From an uncultured virus (IMG/VR IMGVR_UViG_2724679134_000002) (Duplodnaviria > Heunggongvirae > Uroviricota > Caudoviricetes), in IMG/VR virus record IMGVR_UViG_2724679134_000002: DNA of 64,000 nucleotides; one strand, 5' to 3'. The stretch's first letter is position 1, and every line of letters starts with the position of its first letter. The position numbers were made by a program, and so were the translations under genes. Positions 1 through 9,576 of this stretch are shown in pieces. The notes below the pieces were generated by a model, which worked only from the letters and a program-made list of their open reading frames with translations, did not search any database and was not told where the DNA came from.

Positions 1-130
1 TATTGTGCAGGACGATTTCTTTGCTTACGAAAAGAAAATTGAAAAAGAAAATATAAAGAGAAGTAAGGGAATCAGAAAGGATCTCACTAAAGGATATATT
101 AAGATGCTAAGTGCCCAAAAGGAGGACTAA
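1..130 (+). CDS. 3' end of small gene upstream of yopN homologue (YopM/AimX position), partial
   Basis: Frame 2 reads IVQDDFFAYEKKIEKENIKRSKGIRKDLTKGYIKMLSAQKED*; TAA overlaps the next ATG. Confidence 0.6.
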   Translation, partial: IVQDDFFAYEKKIEKENIKRSKGIRKDLTKGYIKMLSAQKED

Positions 131-474
131 TGGTAATGCAAGTAGTAAACTTTAAGTCTGCAAAGGAGAAGAAGAGCAGATATGAAGAGATTGATGAAAG
201 CTTTGCTAATATGGCCAAGCAAACATATCTAGACAGTATCCTTAATATCAGAAAAATGATACTTAATGCAAAAACAGAAAATGATTTAAGATTAGCGAAG
301 ATGGAAGTTAATGCATTGCAACGGGATATTGACCGAGTTCTTTTAGGCGGAGATGGATTATCCAGAAGTGCTGATTGTAATCCACATTTTAATTCATTGT
401 TAATTTTCATTACTCAATTAAAAAAACATATTTCAAATGAATTTGAGCAGTTTATCTATAAACCACAACTGTAA
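130..474 (+). CDS. yopN: YopN-like lysis-lysogeny protein of the SPbeta repressor operon
   Basis: GGAGG RBS; 114 aa helical protein; position before yopO-P-Q-R. Confidence 0.6.
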   Translation: MVMQVVNFKSAKEKKSRYEEIDESFANMAKQTYLDSILNIRKMILNAKTENDLRLAKMEVNALQRDIDRVLLGGDGLSRSADCNPHFNSLLIFITQLKKHISNEFEQFIYKPQL

Positions 475-526
475 GTTGAATTAGGCATTATCCTTATTAT
501 ACATATTGCTATATAAGGGGGATTCT

Positions 527-733
527 ATGTCAAAGCTGATAAAAAAGCTGATGGAGAAACGTAACATAACAATTGAACGGATGTCCGAGGAAACGATGAT
601 TGATATTGTAAGTCTTAAAAGAATCATCGATGAACCAGATGAGGGAGATGTTGTTTCCATGAAGCTTATTGCTTTGGTATTGGATGTCTCTATTGATGAT
701 TTATTAAACGATTCAAAACGAAGGGAGGAATAA
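527..733 (+). CDS. yopO: XRE-family HTH regulator (YopO-like)
   Basis: MSKLIKKLMEKRNITIERMSEET...IALVLDVSIDDLL; RBS AAGGGGG before ATG 527. Confidence 0.75.
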   Translation: MSKLIKKLMEKRNITIERMSEETMIDIVSLKRIIDEPDEGDVVSMKLIALVLDVSIDDLLNDSKRREE

Positions 734-737
734 TCAA

Positions 738-1820
738 TTGAACGCAGAAGTTAAATCAATAAAGAATTATAAAGTATTTAATGACATTATGAGCTATCTC
801 TACAGTAAGGATATAGCCAGCAGCTCAGGGAATTCAAAGTATCTTCCGCAAGATGCAACAAGTATATCCAACACAAGAAAGAATTATACTGGAGATATAA
901 AAAACTTCTTTCGAACTCTAAAAGAAAAAGAAATAGAACATTTAACTGAAAATGATTTAGTAATTTCGAAAAGTGAATTGACTAGTTACATCAAACATCT
1001 TCAAAATGAAGGACTAGTAAACAAAACCATTAAAAGAAAACTAACTGCTGTTAAAATGCTTTACAAATACCTTAATCATGATTATAAAGAATATGTAGAT
1101 TTAAGTGTGTTTGATACTGTAGGAAAGTTGAAAACAATAGATAGAAACTGGGGCAGAACAAACAAAGAAGAGGCAGACTTAATAGCTGAAGATTTATTTA
1201 TAAATGAACGACAAAAACCTTTGATGAAAAAGCTTTTTGTAAAGGCAGCTACTAGAACTTCTTTTCGTTTAAATGCTCTTTTAAGAATTAGATGGTGTGA
1301 TCTTGAACATGATGCTCACACAGGGCATTATGTGGTAACAGTTATTGATAAAGGATCAAGAGTAGTTACAACGGGTATAAACCAGGTGTTTTACGAAGAG
1401 CTGTCACAGCTAAGAGAAGAGAACTCGCTCGAAACAGACTGTGTCTTTAAAGGACTTTCTGAACAATCAGTAAGAGACTCTTTAAAGCGTTCAAAAGAGA
1501 GGCTGGGCATCCCTCCAGAAAGAGACCTGAAATTTCATTCGTTTAAAGGCGTTGGTATTGATTATGTTTATGAGCATACTGGCCACGATCTATTAGCAGC
1601 AAGGGAACAGGGAAATCACAGCAATGTTTCAACTACCGAGAGGTATATGAGCAAAAGAAGCGATATTACAAACTCAGCTGGTGTAACTATGGATGAAGAA
1701 ATTGATATTAGACCCCTATACGAAGCAAGCAAAGAGGATTTTATCTCTTATTTTGAAAATATAGAACCGGTGGCACTAAAAAAATTCCTTAAATTCTTAT
1801 CGGAATCAAATGGAAATTGA
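738..1820 (+). CDS. yopP: Tyrosine recombinase/integrase-family protein (YopP-like)
   Basis: N-terminal core-binding region; TSFRLNAL, FHSFKG, GNHSN, TERY catalytic-type motifs. Confidence 0.85.
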   Translation: MNAEVKSIKNYKVFNDIMSYLYSKDIASSSGNSKYLPQDATSISNTRKNYTGDIKNFFRTLKEKEIEHLTENDLVISKSELTSYIKHLQNEGLVNKTIKRKLTAVKMLYKYLNHDYKEYVDLSVFDTVGKLKTIDRNWGRTNKEEADLIAEDLFINERQKPLMKKLFVKAATRTSFRLNALLRIRWCDLEHDAHTGHYVVTVIDKGSRVVTTGINQVFYEELSQLREENSLETDCVFKGLSEQSVRDSLKRSKERLGIPPERDLKFHSFKGVGIDYVYEHTGHDLLAAREQGNHSNVSTTERYMSKRSDITNSAGVTMDEEIDIRPLYEASKEDFISYFENIEPVALKKFLKFLSESNGN

Positions 1821-1899
1821 TTAATAATGACTATTTTTTATATTTCTCTTGATAATAAAGTGTCCCTTTGGTAACTTTATTTTAGCAACATGACATGAG

Positions 1900-3303
1900 G
1901 TGAAAGCAATAATGACAGTGATCTTTGACGAGGCAGCAAATGAGAAATTGCTCTCCGAAATGAGAGATGTGTTTTCTAAAAGAAAGCATATAAGATCTTT
2001 TATTAATAATGTTCATATAACAATGGCTGAATACAAAATATCTCCTGGTTCTACACAGAAAGTAATTAACGAGTTAGAGAATCCAGATATGGATTTGTCT
2101 AAGGAGTATATGTATTTCTTAGCAAAGTGTTTATATACCATTCTGGAATCAGAAAGATTTAATCCAGCCAACTATTTTACTGAAAAAGATATGCAAGAGA
2201 TTGAAACACTTTGGGAAGGTGAAATAGAGGAAGAAATTAAGCTGCCTTATACTTTTAATGGAGCAGTTAAATACTCTGACAGTAACCTGACTTTTCAAAT
2301 AACTGCGGAAGAACTTTATAGGTTGTTTGAAAATAAGCTTCTTCACTATAATCCTAATGCTCAAAGGACAAATAAAATAAAAAAAATAGAGGGCTCTGAT
2401 GTTGAAATCCCTGTCCCTCAGTTAAACAAACAATCTGTAGAGGAAATTAAAGAATTGTTTAAAGAGGGAAAACTAATCAGTTCAATGTTCACCTTTAATG
2501 CACGTTTAGGAAGTTCCAATGAAGGAATTGAATTAGATTATCATGAAGAGGATATGACTCTTACTGTAAAGGAAGGGACTATATTAGATGTGCTCGATGG
2601 CTATCACAGGTTGGTAGGTATTACTACGGCAATTAGACAGTATCCTGAATTAAAACATTTATTGAAGCGTGTGTTTAAAGTGGATATATACAACTATACT
2701 CAAAAACAGGCTAGAGAACACTTTGGACAGCAAAACACAATAAATCCTGTTAAAAAATCTAAAGTTGCTGAGATGAATCAGCATTATTATTCAAATAAAA
2801 TAGTTAAATTTATTCAAGATAACAGTCTAATCGGAGATTATATAAAGACCAATGGAGATTGGGTTAAGCAGGATCAAAATATGCTAATTACTTTCTCTGA
2901 TTTTAAGAAAGCAATTGAGCGCAGCTATTATAAAAAGGATTTTAACAACCAAGCAGACATTTTGAAGACAGGGAGATATTTGGCTGCCTTTTTTGATGCT
3001 CTGGCCACTATTTATATAGATGAATTTTTAGGGGATATTGCAGGAGAAAGAAAGAAATCCTTCGTTAATAGTCATATTTTCTTTAATGGATACGTCTTGT
3101 TAGCAAAACGATTCCATGATCTAGAGATTTCAATCGATGATATTGAATCTAAAATTGAAGAAGTTCTAAAACCCATTGATTTTAATAAAGATAATAAACT
3201 TTGGGATCAACTAGGAACAGTTGATAAAAACGGAAATGCTAAATCACCACAAAAAATCTGTGATTTCTTTAGAAAAATCGAGATAAATCAGCAATTCAAT
3301 TAG
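1900..3303 (+). CDS. yopQ: YopQ-like ParB/DndB-like protein of the repressor operon
   Basis: VLDGYHRL (DGQHR-like) motif; 467 aa; synteny. Confidence 0.8.
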   Translation: MKAIMTVIFDEAANEKLLSEMRDVFSKRKHIRSFINNVHITMAEYKISPGSTQKVINELENPDMDLSKEYMYFLAKCLYTILESERFNPANYFTEKDMQEIETLWEGEIEEEIKLPYTFNGAVKYSDSNLTFQITAEELYRLFENKLLHYNPNAQRTNKIKKIEGSDVEIPVPQLNKQSVEEIKELFKEGKLISSMFTFNARLGSSNEGIELDYHEEDMTLTVKEGTILDVLDGYHRLVGITTAIRQYPELKHLLKRVFKVDIYNYTQKQAREHFGQQNTINPVKKSKVAEMNQHYYSNKIVKFIQDNSLIGDYIKTNGDWVKQDQNMLITFSDFKKAIERSYYKKDFNNQADILKTGRYLAAFFDALATIYIDEFLGDIAGERKKSFVNSHIFFNGYVLLAKRFHDLEISIDDIESKIEEVLKPIDFNKDNKLWDQLGTVDKNGNAKSPQKICDFFRKIEINQQFN

Positions 3304-3311
3304 CTTAGGAG

Positions 3312-4301
3312 ATGTTTGACGTAATGTACAATAGTGATATTAAGGAAAAGTACCTAGATACTGTTTCAGAAGCGGTAGCTCATCAATTAAAACCCTTGTT
3401 TTCAAAATCAGAGATAACAGAAAATCTCTATAGTAAAGACATCTACGATTTCACCTCTATGCAGATTCTTGAATTAATTAGGTCTTATGATCAAACGACA
3501 ATTGGGAGCGTAAAAAGAACTTTATCATTATTGTCAATGTATATAGATTGGGCGGCATCTTATAATTTAAGTAAAGGAACAGTGAATTTAGCAAGAACTA
3601 TTTCAACTGATGAATTGTATGAATGTCTAGGTGATAAGAAACTTTACATTTCTTTTAGTGAACTAGAGGACATGCAAGATAAATTGCTTAATTACCAGTC
3701 TAAAGCAGTCTTAAGATGCTTATTTGAAGGCATATCAGGACTAGCACATTCTGAACTCCTTAGTTTGTCGAAACAGCAAATAGAAGAAGCAATGTTAAAT
3801 GACAATGTTTTGACGCTACATGACAAAAAGAACGGTATTCGGAAATTAAAAGTAAGTAGTGATTGTCTTGTTATAGCGTTAAATGCTTCCAAGGAGACTA
3901 AATATAAATTAAAAAATGGTAGAGCAGAGGGTCAAACGAAAGAAGTATCATTAGCTGAAAATGATTATGTAATCAAGACAAAGAAAACAAGAAGTAAACA
4001 TGATGGGGAAGCAGGTAAACACATAGTTACAAATCTAATTACCGATATCTCAGATTTCTTTAAAATTAATTTCCTCACTCCAAACACTATTGTTAGGTCA
4101 GGGCACTTATATCGCGCTTACCAATTATATAAAGAGAAGGGCGTGATTGATAACTCTGTCAGATACCAAATCATAGATGACTTTAATTTGATTGTTAGCA
4201 ATAAACACAGAGCGGTCTACAATATGAAAGACTATATAAATGAAGACGAAGTAAAGAAATGTTATGCGGAGGAATTAGGATTAAAAGAAGAAACTATATA
4301 G
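3312..4301 (+). CDS. yopR: Master repressor YopR/MrpR (integrase fold, degenerate active site)
   Basis: MYNSDIKEKYL start; recombinase-like fold without canonical catalytic motifs; synteny. Confidence 0.85.
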   Translation: MFDVMYNSDIKEKYLDTVSEAVAHQLKPLFSKSEITENLYSKDIYDFTSMQILELIRSYDQTTIGSVKRTLSLLSMYIDWAASYNLSKGTVNLARTISTDELYECLGDKKLYISFSELEDMQDKLLNYQSKAVLRCLFEGISGLAHSELLSLSKQQIEEAMLNDNVLTLHDKKNGIRKLKVSSDCLVIALNASKETKYKLKNGRAEGQTKEVSLAENDYVIKTKKTRSKHDGEAGKHIVTNLITDISDFFKINFLTPNTIVRSGHLYRAYQLYKEKGVIDNSVRYQIIDDFNLIVSNKHRAVYNMKDYINEDEVKKCYAEELGLKEETI

Positions 4302-4310
4302 TGTCATCAA

Positions 4311-4337
4311 CCCACTCAATCTTGAGTGGATTTTTTA
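4311..4337 (+). terminator. Intrinsic terminator after yopR
   Basis: CCACTCAA-tc-TTGAGTGG followed by T-run. Confidence 0.65.
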
Positions 4338-4520
4338 TTGAGTCAAAAAGTAAAAATAAGCATAAATATTATATTTTAAACTGATTTTAAAAATAATTTG
4401 AAATTCGACAAATTAAGACAAAATAAACCCTTTCCACAATTGGTAACCTGTAGTAATATAGCCATGTAAACCATATGGTTTACTCAGGAGGAGACCAAGA
4501 CATTAGTCTTAGTCGTTAAC

Positions 4521-4745
4521 TCAATGCCGTTCAACCTTGAATTCATAGAGGTCTTCCACATTACAATCTAATGCAGCAGCGATTCTTTTAGCAGTTCTAA
4601 TTGTCATTTCTGTCTTTTTCAACCGGTTATAATCGCTCAATTGCTGTTTCTTCATGCCGACTATTTCTGCAAGCTCATTGATTGTAATGTCTTTCTTTCT
4701 ACAAAGTTCAGGTATCAAGCATTGCCCGATCTCAACTTTGATCAT
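4521..4745 (-). CDS. yopS: XRE HTH regulator YopS-like
   Basis: ITINELAEIVGMKKQQLSDY...IAAALDCNVEDLYEF. Confidence 0.85.
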   Translation of the reverse strand: MIKVEIGQCLIPELCRKKDITINELAEIVGMKKQQLSDYNRLKKTEMTIRTAKRIAAALDCNVEDLYEFKVERH

Positions 4746-4868
4746 AATCGGACATCCTCCTGCTAGTTCTGTTATGGAAAGACATAATACATATCATACC
4801 ATACGATGACTTCAAATAACCACTAGCGTAATACCCACATTAAATGTATAATGTTATTAAACAAAACA

Positions 4869-4880
4869 GAACGCTTGTTC
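4869..4880. promoter_or_regulatory. LexA (SOS) box
   Basis: GAAC-gctt-GTTC in the divergent yopS/yopT intergenic region. Confidence 0.6.
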
Positions 4881-4923
4881 CCTTGTCGAGCTGTCAAAAA
4901 AGAGAAAATTATAGTATAGGAGA

Positions 4924-5145
4924 ATGAGGATGGCAGGTTATTTGAACAACATCTCGTTAAATCTTGAAATTGTATTGAAAAATAAGGCGAAAAATGAAGA
5001 AATCTCAGTAGGTATTGTAGAAAGACTTTGTGAAAAATTGCTGGTAGCAAGAGAGGTGTCCTTTGCCCAAGCTGACGGTACCGTTGAAAAATTTAAGTTG
5101 TGCGACATTGAATACGAAATAACGAATACTGAAGAAACGCATTAA
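4924..5145 (+). CDS. yopT: YopT-like small protein
   Basis: MAGYLNNISLNLEIVLKNKA; synteny. Confidence 0.7.
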   Translation: MRMAGYLNNISLNLEIVLKNKAKNEEISVGIVERLCEKLLVAREVSFAQADGTVEKFKLCDIEYEITNTEETH

Positions 5146-5191
5146 ATAAAATAAATAGGAAGACTCCATTGCAGCATGAATCACAGCATAG

Positions 5192-5410
5192 TTGGAGCTT
5201 GTAGGTGAACACGTGAAATTATCTGTTGATCTTCAGGATTACAACAACGTCAACCTAAAACTGACAAAAAAAGTACTGACTTCTGAGAATTATCAATTCC
5301 TTTTAAACTTTAACGGCAAAAGGCTAGATCTCACAGTTTCTGTGACCCCAGAGAATCTTATTAAAATAAGAGACAATATCAATGAATTAATATTTAGATT
5401 CACTGATTAA
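5192..5410 (+). CDS. Small phage protein (YopU position)
   Basis: ORF and synteny; start uncertain. Confidence 0.55.
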   Translation: MELVGEHVKLSVDLQDYNNVNLKLTKKVLTSENYQFLLNFNGKRLDLTVSVTPENLIKIRDNINELIFRFTD

Positions 5411-5520
5411 ATATCAAATTCGATCATTCTTAAAAAAATTGATCAAATTTGATTGACAATAACAGTAAAGTGATTTATCTTATAGTTAAGTATAAAAAAT
5501 AAGGATATTAAAGAGGTGAA

Positions 5521-5706
5521 ATGGAGAGGCAGATGCTTTTGGATGAAAAACTAAACAAGTTGAATGATTCATATGTGGCTTTACTTGATCATAAAAGTAA
5601 TGGTGATTTAAGGAGAGTAATTGGGGAATTTCATTCAATTATTGACTATGCATATGAAGGAATGTACATAACAGAAACAATACTTAACCAAGAGGGAGAA
5701 GGCTAA
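5521..5706 (+). CDS. Small early phage protein
   Basis: GAGGTG RBS; TTGACA promoter at 5453. Confidence 0.65.
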   Translation: MERQMLLDEKLNKLNDSYVALLDHKSNGDLRRVIGEFHSIIDYAYEGMYITETILNQEGEG

Positions 5707-5939
5707 TGAACATATTAAAGTCTGCAACAAACCGTATGATCACTTTAAGCGACAACAATAAAGCAAGTTTGGTTAGAAGAATTATAGAAAAAGAGAAGCT
5801 TGGATACGAATGCGTTAAACCAATTGAGAGTCATTACTCTGAATTTGTTGCTGGAGGTTCTGATAAAAAAGGGTGCAAATATCGAAGAGAATACATAGGA
5901 TGTACAAAACACTACGCCAAGATGATACTTCATCCATAA
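5706..5939 (+). CDS. Hypothetical phage protein
   Basis: Coupled to the previous ORF. Confidence 0.6.
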   Translation: MNILKSATNRMITLSDNNKASLVRRIIEKEKLGYECVKPIESHYSEFVAGGSDKKGCKYRREYIGCTKHYAKMILHP

Positions 5940-6002
5940 AAGTGAAATATAAGCATATAAAATGTAAGTTTTATTCAGACTTAAATTGTAGGAGGAAATT
6001 GC

Positions 6003-6221
6003 GTGAAAATAGGGAGCATCTTAGCATCAGAAAAAAAGCCATGTGCAGTATGTAATAGAAAAACTGACTCTTATAAAATCTATGAACAATCCAAGATAGC
6101 CATAGAAATACCAGCGTGTGATACAGAAAGCAGAAATTGTTTGCAGAAAGTAGACGTGAAAGATATGGCTTCATTCGCTTTAAAAGTGATCAAAAAAGAT
6201 ATTCAGGAGGATGCGCAATGA
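6003..6221 (+). CDS. Small Cys-containing phage protein
   Basis: GGAGG RBS; CAVC...C...C. Confidence 0.6.
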   Translation: MKIGSILASEKKPCAVCNRKTDSYKIYEQSKIAIEIPACDTESRNCLQKVDVKDMASFALKVIKKDIQEDAQ

Positions 6222-6790
6222 ATCTTGAAAAAATGTTCGAAATGCAAAAGGTGCTTGATGATCGGATAATCGAAGAAAAGGGGCTGCAAGGTCAGGACTT
6301 GTTGCCAAATCTCATTCTTGCTCTACAGGTGGAACTGGCCGAGTGTGCGAATGAATGGCGCGGCTTTAAGCATTGGAGCAATAACCGGGAGCCAAGAACA
6401 AAACATCCGTTAGAAGTTTCACCTAATGGTGCTTTCAGAAAAGGCGGAAACCCACTTCTTGAGGAATACGTGGACTGCCTGCATTTTATCTTGAGCATTG
6501 GGAATCTGATTAAATATGACACTGATAACGCACTAGATTTAGAAGGGGCGATTTGCGAACCCGATATTACAACCCAATTTATAGCGGTATTCGATAGAAT
6601 AAACACTTTGTCAGATGACGCATGTGACAAGAGCGATCTTACATTTTGGCTTGCACACAATCCTTACGAAAGTTTGTTCCAATTCTTTAATGGCATAGGG
6701 AAAATGTTGGGCTTCACACCGGAACAGATCGAAGCTGCTTACATGGAGAAAAACGCCGTCAATCATCAGCGGCAGCAGGAGGGGTATTGA
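6218..6790 (+). CDS. Dimeric all-alpha dUTPase (dUTPase_2 family)
   Basis: MNLEKMFEMQKVLD, LALQVELAECANEWRGFKHWS, LEEYVDCLHFILSIG, AYMEKNAVNHQRQ; start at RBS-preceded ATG 6218. Confidence 0.9.
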   Translation: MNLEKMFEMQKVLDDRIIEEKGLQGQDLLPNLILALQVELAECANEWRGFKHWSNNREPRTKHPLEVSPNGAFRKGGNPLLEEYVDCLHFILSIGNLIKYDTDNALDLEGAICEPDITTQFIAVFDRINTLSDDACDKSDLTFWLAHNPYESLFQFFNGIGKMLGFTPEQIEAAYMEKNAVNHQRQQEGY

Positions 6791-7140
6791 TGAACCATGC
6801 AGACAACCCGATCATTTCAGCCGTTATCAGCAAACTAAACGCACAACAGGAAAAGGGGCTTGCCAAGTACGGCCAGCCCGTCCAAGTTAATGCCTATGAT
6901 CTGCGCGGTTGGTTGCAGCATGCACTTGAAGAAACTCTTGATCATGCAGTCTATCTGGAAGCGGCCATCCAAACGCTGGACGAGAATCCGATTATCAAAG
7001 GCTTCAACGAAATGGAGTCTGTTCAGGACAGAATTAGAAATCTATATCCGCAACAGCATTGTGATGGATACGATCATGCAATGTCACATTTTAAAGAGAT
7101 TCTTGTATCGGCTCAATTATTGAAGGGGGGAAAATCATGA
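6787..7140 (+). CDS. Conserved phage protein (helical, possibly NTP-pyrophosphatase-like)
   Basis: GLAKYG...WLQHALEETLDHAVYLE. Confidence 0.55.
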   Translation: MMNHADNPIISAVISKLNAQQEKGLAKYGQPVQVNAYDLRGWLQHALEETLDHAVYLEAAIQTLDENPIIKGFNEMESVQDRIRNLYPQQHCDGYDHAMSHFKEILVSAQLLKGGKS

Positions 7141-7421
7141 AATCAAAACATTTCTTTGAAATCAATGAACCGTATTTTGCTCTTATCAAAGCGGAAAACA
7201 AGGCGGAAGCCGAGAAAATCTATAACGAAACTGTCGCCGACACAGACGAATACGAAAATTTTCAAGAAGAGGAAATCAACGAGGTAAGCCGTGATTATGC
7301 TCTTATCGAATGTACGAAAGCGGGGGACGGAAAGGGAAATCTTAAATCCACGAAATTTATCATAGAAACGTTCAACAAGCCGGAAAGCGAGATCCTCATT
7401 ATGGATGGTTCCCTACTATGA
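7137..7421 (+). CDS. Hypothetical phage protein
   Basis: Coupled ORF; FFEINEPYFALIKA. Confidence 0.65.
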   Translation: MKSKHFFEINEPYFALIKAENKAEAEKIYNETVADTDEYENFQEEEINEVSRDYALIECTKAGDGKGNLKSTKFIIETFNKPESEILIMDGSLL

Positions 7422-7828
7422 ACACAGCATACAGAGTGTGGGACGGACAGCAGATGCATTATTGGGATGATGAAGGGTTGAGCCTTGAAATCAAAGGTAC
7501 TGAGTGGATTTTATGGCGTGACGGTTGCAGGGTTATTGTTGCGGCAAGTTACGAAGAAGGAACGGCTCTCATGTGGGATACAGGGTTGAAGGATAAGCAC
7601 GACGGAGAGATATACCATAAGGATATTACTGAGGAATCGTTTGTGAATCCTTTGCTCAAAGAAAATGTTATTGACCGTTATGTTATTGAGAGACGAAAAG
7701 GCATCGACAGAATGAACCACGTCAGCAAAAAGAGCCAATTGGATAGGTTCTTATGGTATCGACTTGATGAAATCAAGGTTGTCGGCAACGTTTATGAAAA
7801 TCCTGAGTTATTGGAGGGCGCGGAGTGA
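7418..7828 (+). CDS. YopX-family protein
   Basis: YRVWD, TGLKDK..EIY..DI, VVGNVYENPELL. Confidence 0.9.
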   Translation: MNTAYRVWDGQQMHYWDDEGLSLEIKGTEWILWRDGCRVIVAASYEEGTALMWDTGLKDKHDGEIYHKDITEESFVNPLLKENVIDRYVIERRKGIDRMNHVSKKSQLDRFLWYRLDEIKVVGNVYENPELLEGAE

Positions 7829-8037
7829 TGGCATATGATAAAGAAGTGATTGAGATCAGATACAAAACAGTTGTGATTTGCGATAAATGCAGAAAAGAGA
7901 AGGTTTTGGGTATAGGAAAACCTTTAACATGGGAAGACCACATGAATGGCGCTTTGCATCACGGTTACACATTCACAGAGAAAGGAAACGGATTTGAAAA
8001 TCTATGCCCTAAATGTCAGAAGGAGGGCGCGGAGTGA
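7825..8037 (+). CDS. Small Zn-finger-like phage protein
   Basis: CDKC...CPKC. Confidence 0.65.
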   Translation: MMAYDKEVIEIRYKTVVICDKCRKEKVLGIGKPLTWEDHMNGALHHGYTFTEKGNGFENLCPKCQKEGAE

Positions 8038-8213
8038 GACAGGCAACGGAAAAACAATTAAGTCTAATCAAACGAATGGAAGAACTTATAAACGTAAAAT
8101 TCACCGGACATACAATTAAAGAAGCGAGTGAATTCATCTCGGAGCATATGGATAGATATCAAGAAGTGAAAGAATTCGTGTTTGATCAAACGTATTATTA
8201 TGATGCTTATTAG
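8034..8213 (+). CDS. Small phage protein
   Basis: GTG overlapping previous stop; ATEKQL..I...ASEFI. Confidence 0.55.
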   Translation: MRQATEKQLSLIKRMEELINVKFTGHTIKEASEFISEHMDRYQEVKEFVFDQTYYYDAY

Positions 8214-8279
8214 GTGCTAACTGAAAAAGTCAATCTTAATAAAAGATGCATTTTAAAATAAATTTAAAATAAGTGGAGA

Positions 8280-9086
8280 GTGACTCGTATGGAAAAAGAC
8301 ATTAAAAGTGAGCAAATTGAAGCAACCATTAACGAAAATAATGAAATGGGAGTATTTGAACACAGAACCATCCGAGAGGAGCACATGTACCGGGATGAGA
8401 TTTTGGATCGAATAAAAGCCGTTCCTCTTCTGGGGAACTCTACGGAGATTACAGTTGAGATGGCTGCGGAGTATTATATGGTTCCGGTTGATACGATCAA
8501 GACCGTCATTAAAAGAAATAGGGATGAATTTAATGATTATGCTGAAATTAGAGTTTTAAAAGGTAAGAGTTTAAAAGAATTTTGTCAGGTTCATGATGAA
8601 CCTCGCAAAATTATAAGTTCGAAAGTCAGAAGTTTGCAAATTGTTAATCGAAGAGGATTGCTCAGATTAGGAATGTTACTTACTGAATCCAAAGTTGGAA
8701 AATCAGTTAGACACTATTTGTTGAATGTAGAGGAGGCAACTCCAAATCAAATTGCTATCTGGGCAGCAAAAAGAGAAATTGCGAGGACAGAAAGAAAACA
8801 GCTTACAGATGCAATTAAGGAGTTTTATGAAGGAAACATGAAGGACGCTCATGCATATACAAACTTTACTCAGCTTGTTTATAAAGTTTGTTTTGATAAA
8901 AACAAAAAAGAGCTAATAAATGTATATGATTTAGATGAAAAGGATTCACTTAGAGATGCAATGACAACTGAGGATCTTAGAAAAGTGGTTCAAGCTGAAA
9001 AAACAATTTCTGTTTTGGTGAAATTGGGGAAAGATTACGCAGAAATCAAAGATGAGCTGTTAAAAAATAAGCATAAGTTTCAATAA
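8280..9086 (+). CDS. Putative antirepressor-type DNA-binding protein
   Basis: TVEMAAEYY.V...IKRNRDEF..NRRGLLRLGMLLTES N-domain; RKQLTDAIK..YTNFT C-domain typical of phage antirepressors. Confidence 0.55.
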   Translation: MTRMEKDIKSEQIEATINENNEMGVFEHRTIREEHMYRDEILDRIKAVPLLGNSTEITVEMAAEYYMVPVDTIKTVIKRNRDEFNDYAEIRVLKGKSLKEFCQVHDEPRKIISSKVRSLQIVNRRGLLRLGMLLTESKVGKSVRHYLLNVEEATPNQIAIWAAKREIARTERKQLTDAIKEFYEGNMKDAHAYTNFTQLVYKVCFDKNKKELINVYDLDEKDSLRDAMTTEDLRKVVQAEKTISVLVKLGKDYAEIKDELLKNKHKFQ

Positions 9087-9119
9087 AAGTAAAATTTTAA
9101 ACAGAATAGGAGAGAAATC

Positions 9120-9494
9120 ATGAACATATCAAATTTAGAGCAAAAGCTCCTTGAAAAGAAGACTGAAAAATTTAATAAAGAGATTGATAAAGGTGTTGAG
9201 ATTATTATTAACGCTATCCAGGCTCTTTATGATCAAGACAGTCATTCAATTTCTACTGGTGGAATGGCTGGGTTCAGAGGTGACCATGCTTCTGATATTC
9301 AGCAATACTTGAACAAAAAACTTAATGTAAGTACTGTATATCGAGCTGGTGATCTAACTAAGGTAAAAAATGATTCACGAGGATATGTAACCGAGTTACC
9401 AGGCGTAATTGGAAAAGCGCTGCTCGAACAAGCTACTACTGAATTCTTTACAAAGTTACAAGAGGTTCAAAACGTTTTAGACGATATTAATTAA
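9120..9494 (+). CDS. Hypothetical protein
   Basis: GGAG RBS; bounded by junction motifs 9084 and 9492. Confidence 0.65.
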   Translation: MNISNLEQKLLEKKTEKFNKEIDKGVEIIINAIQALYDQDSHSISTGGMAGFRGDHASDIQQYLNKKLNVSTVYRAGDLTKVKNDSRGYVTELPGVIGKALLEQATTEFFTKLQEVQNVLDDIN

Positions 9495-9576
9495 AATTGA
9501 AGTTCTAATCAAATACATATGAATAATCAATCTAGAATTAAGGAAAATTAACTAAAAAAATTGTGAGGAACTTTCA

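Noticed and set aside
1..130. aimR/aimP arbitrium genes
   Set aside because: Expected just upstream by synteny but not present in this window
4467..4476. TAAACCATAT shared between the yopR-yopS palindrome and the att junction (56661-56670)
   Set aside because: A 10-bp AT-rich match with different dyad geometry; plausibly chance
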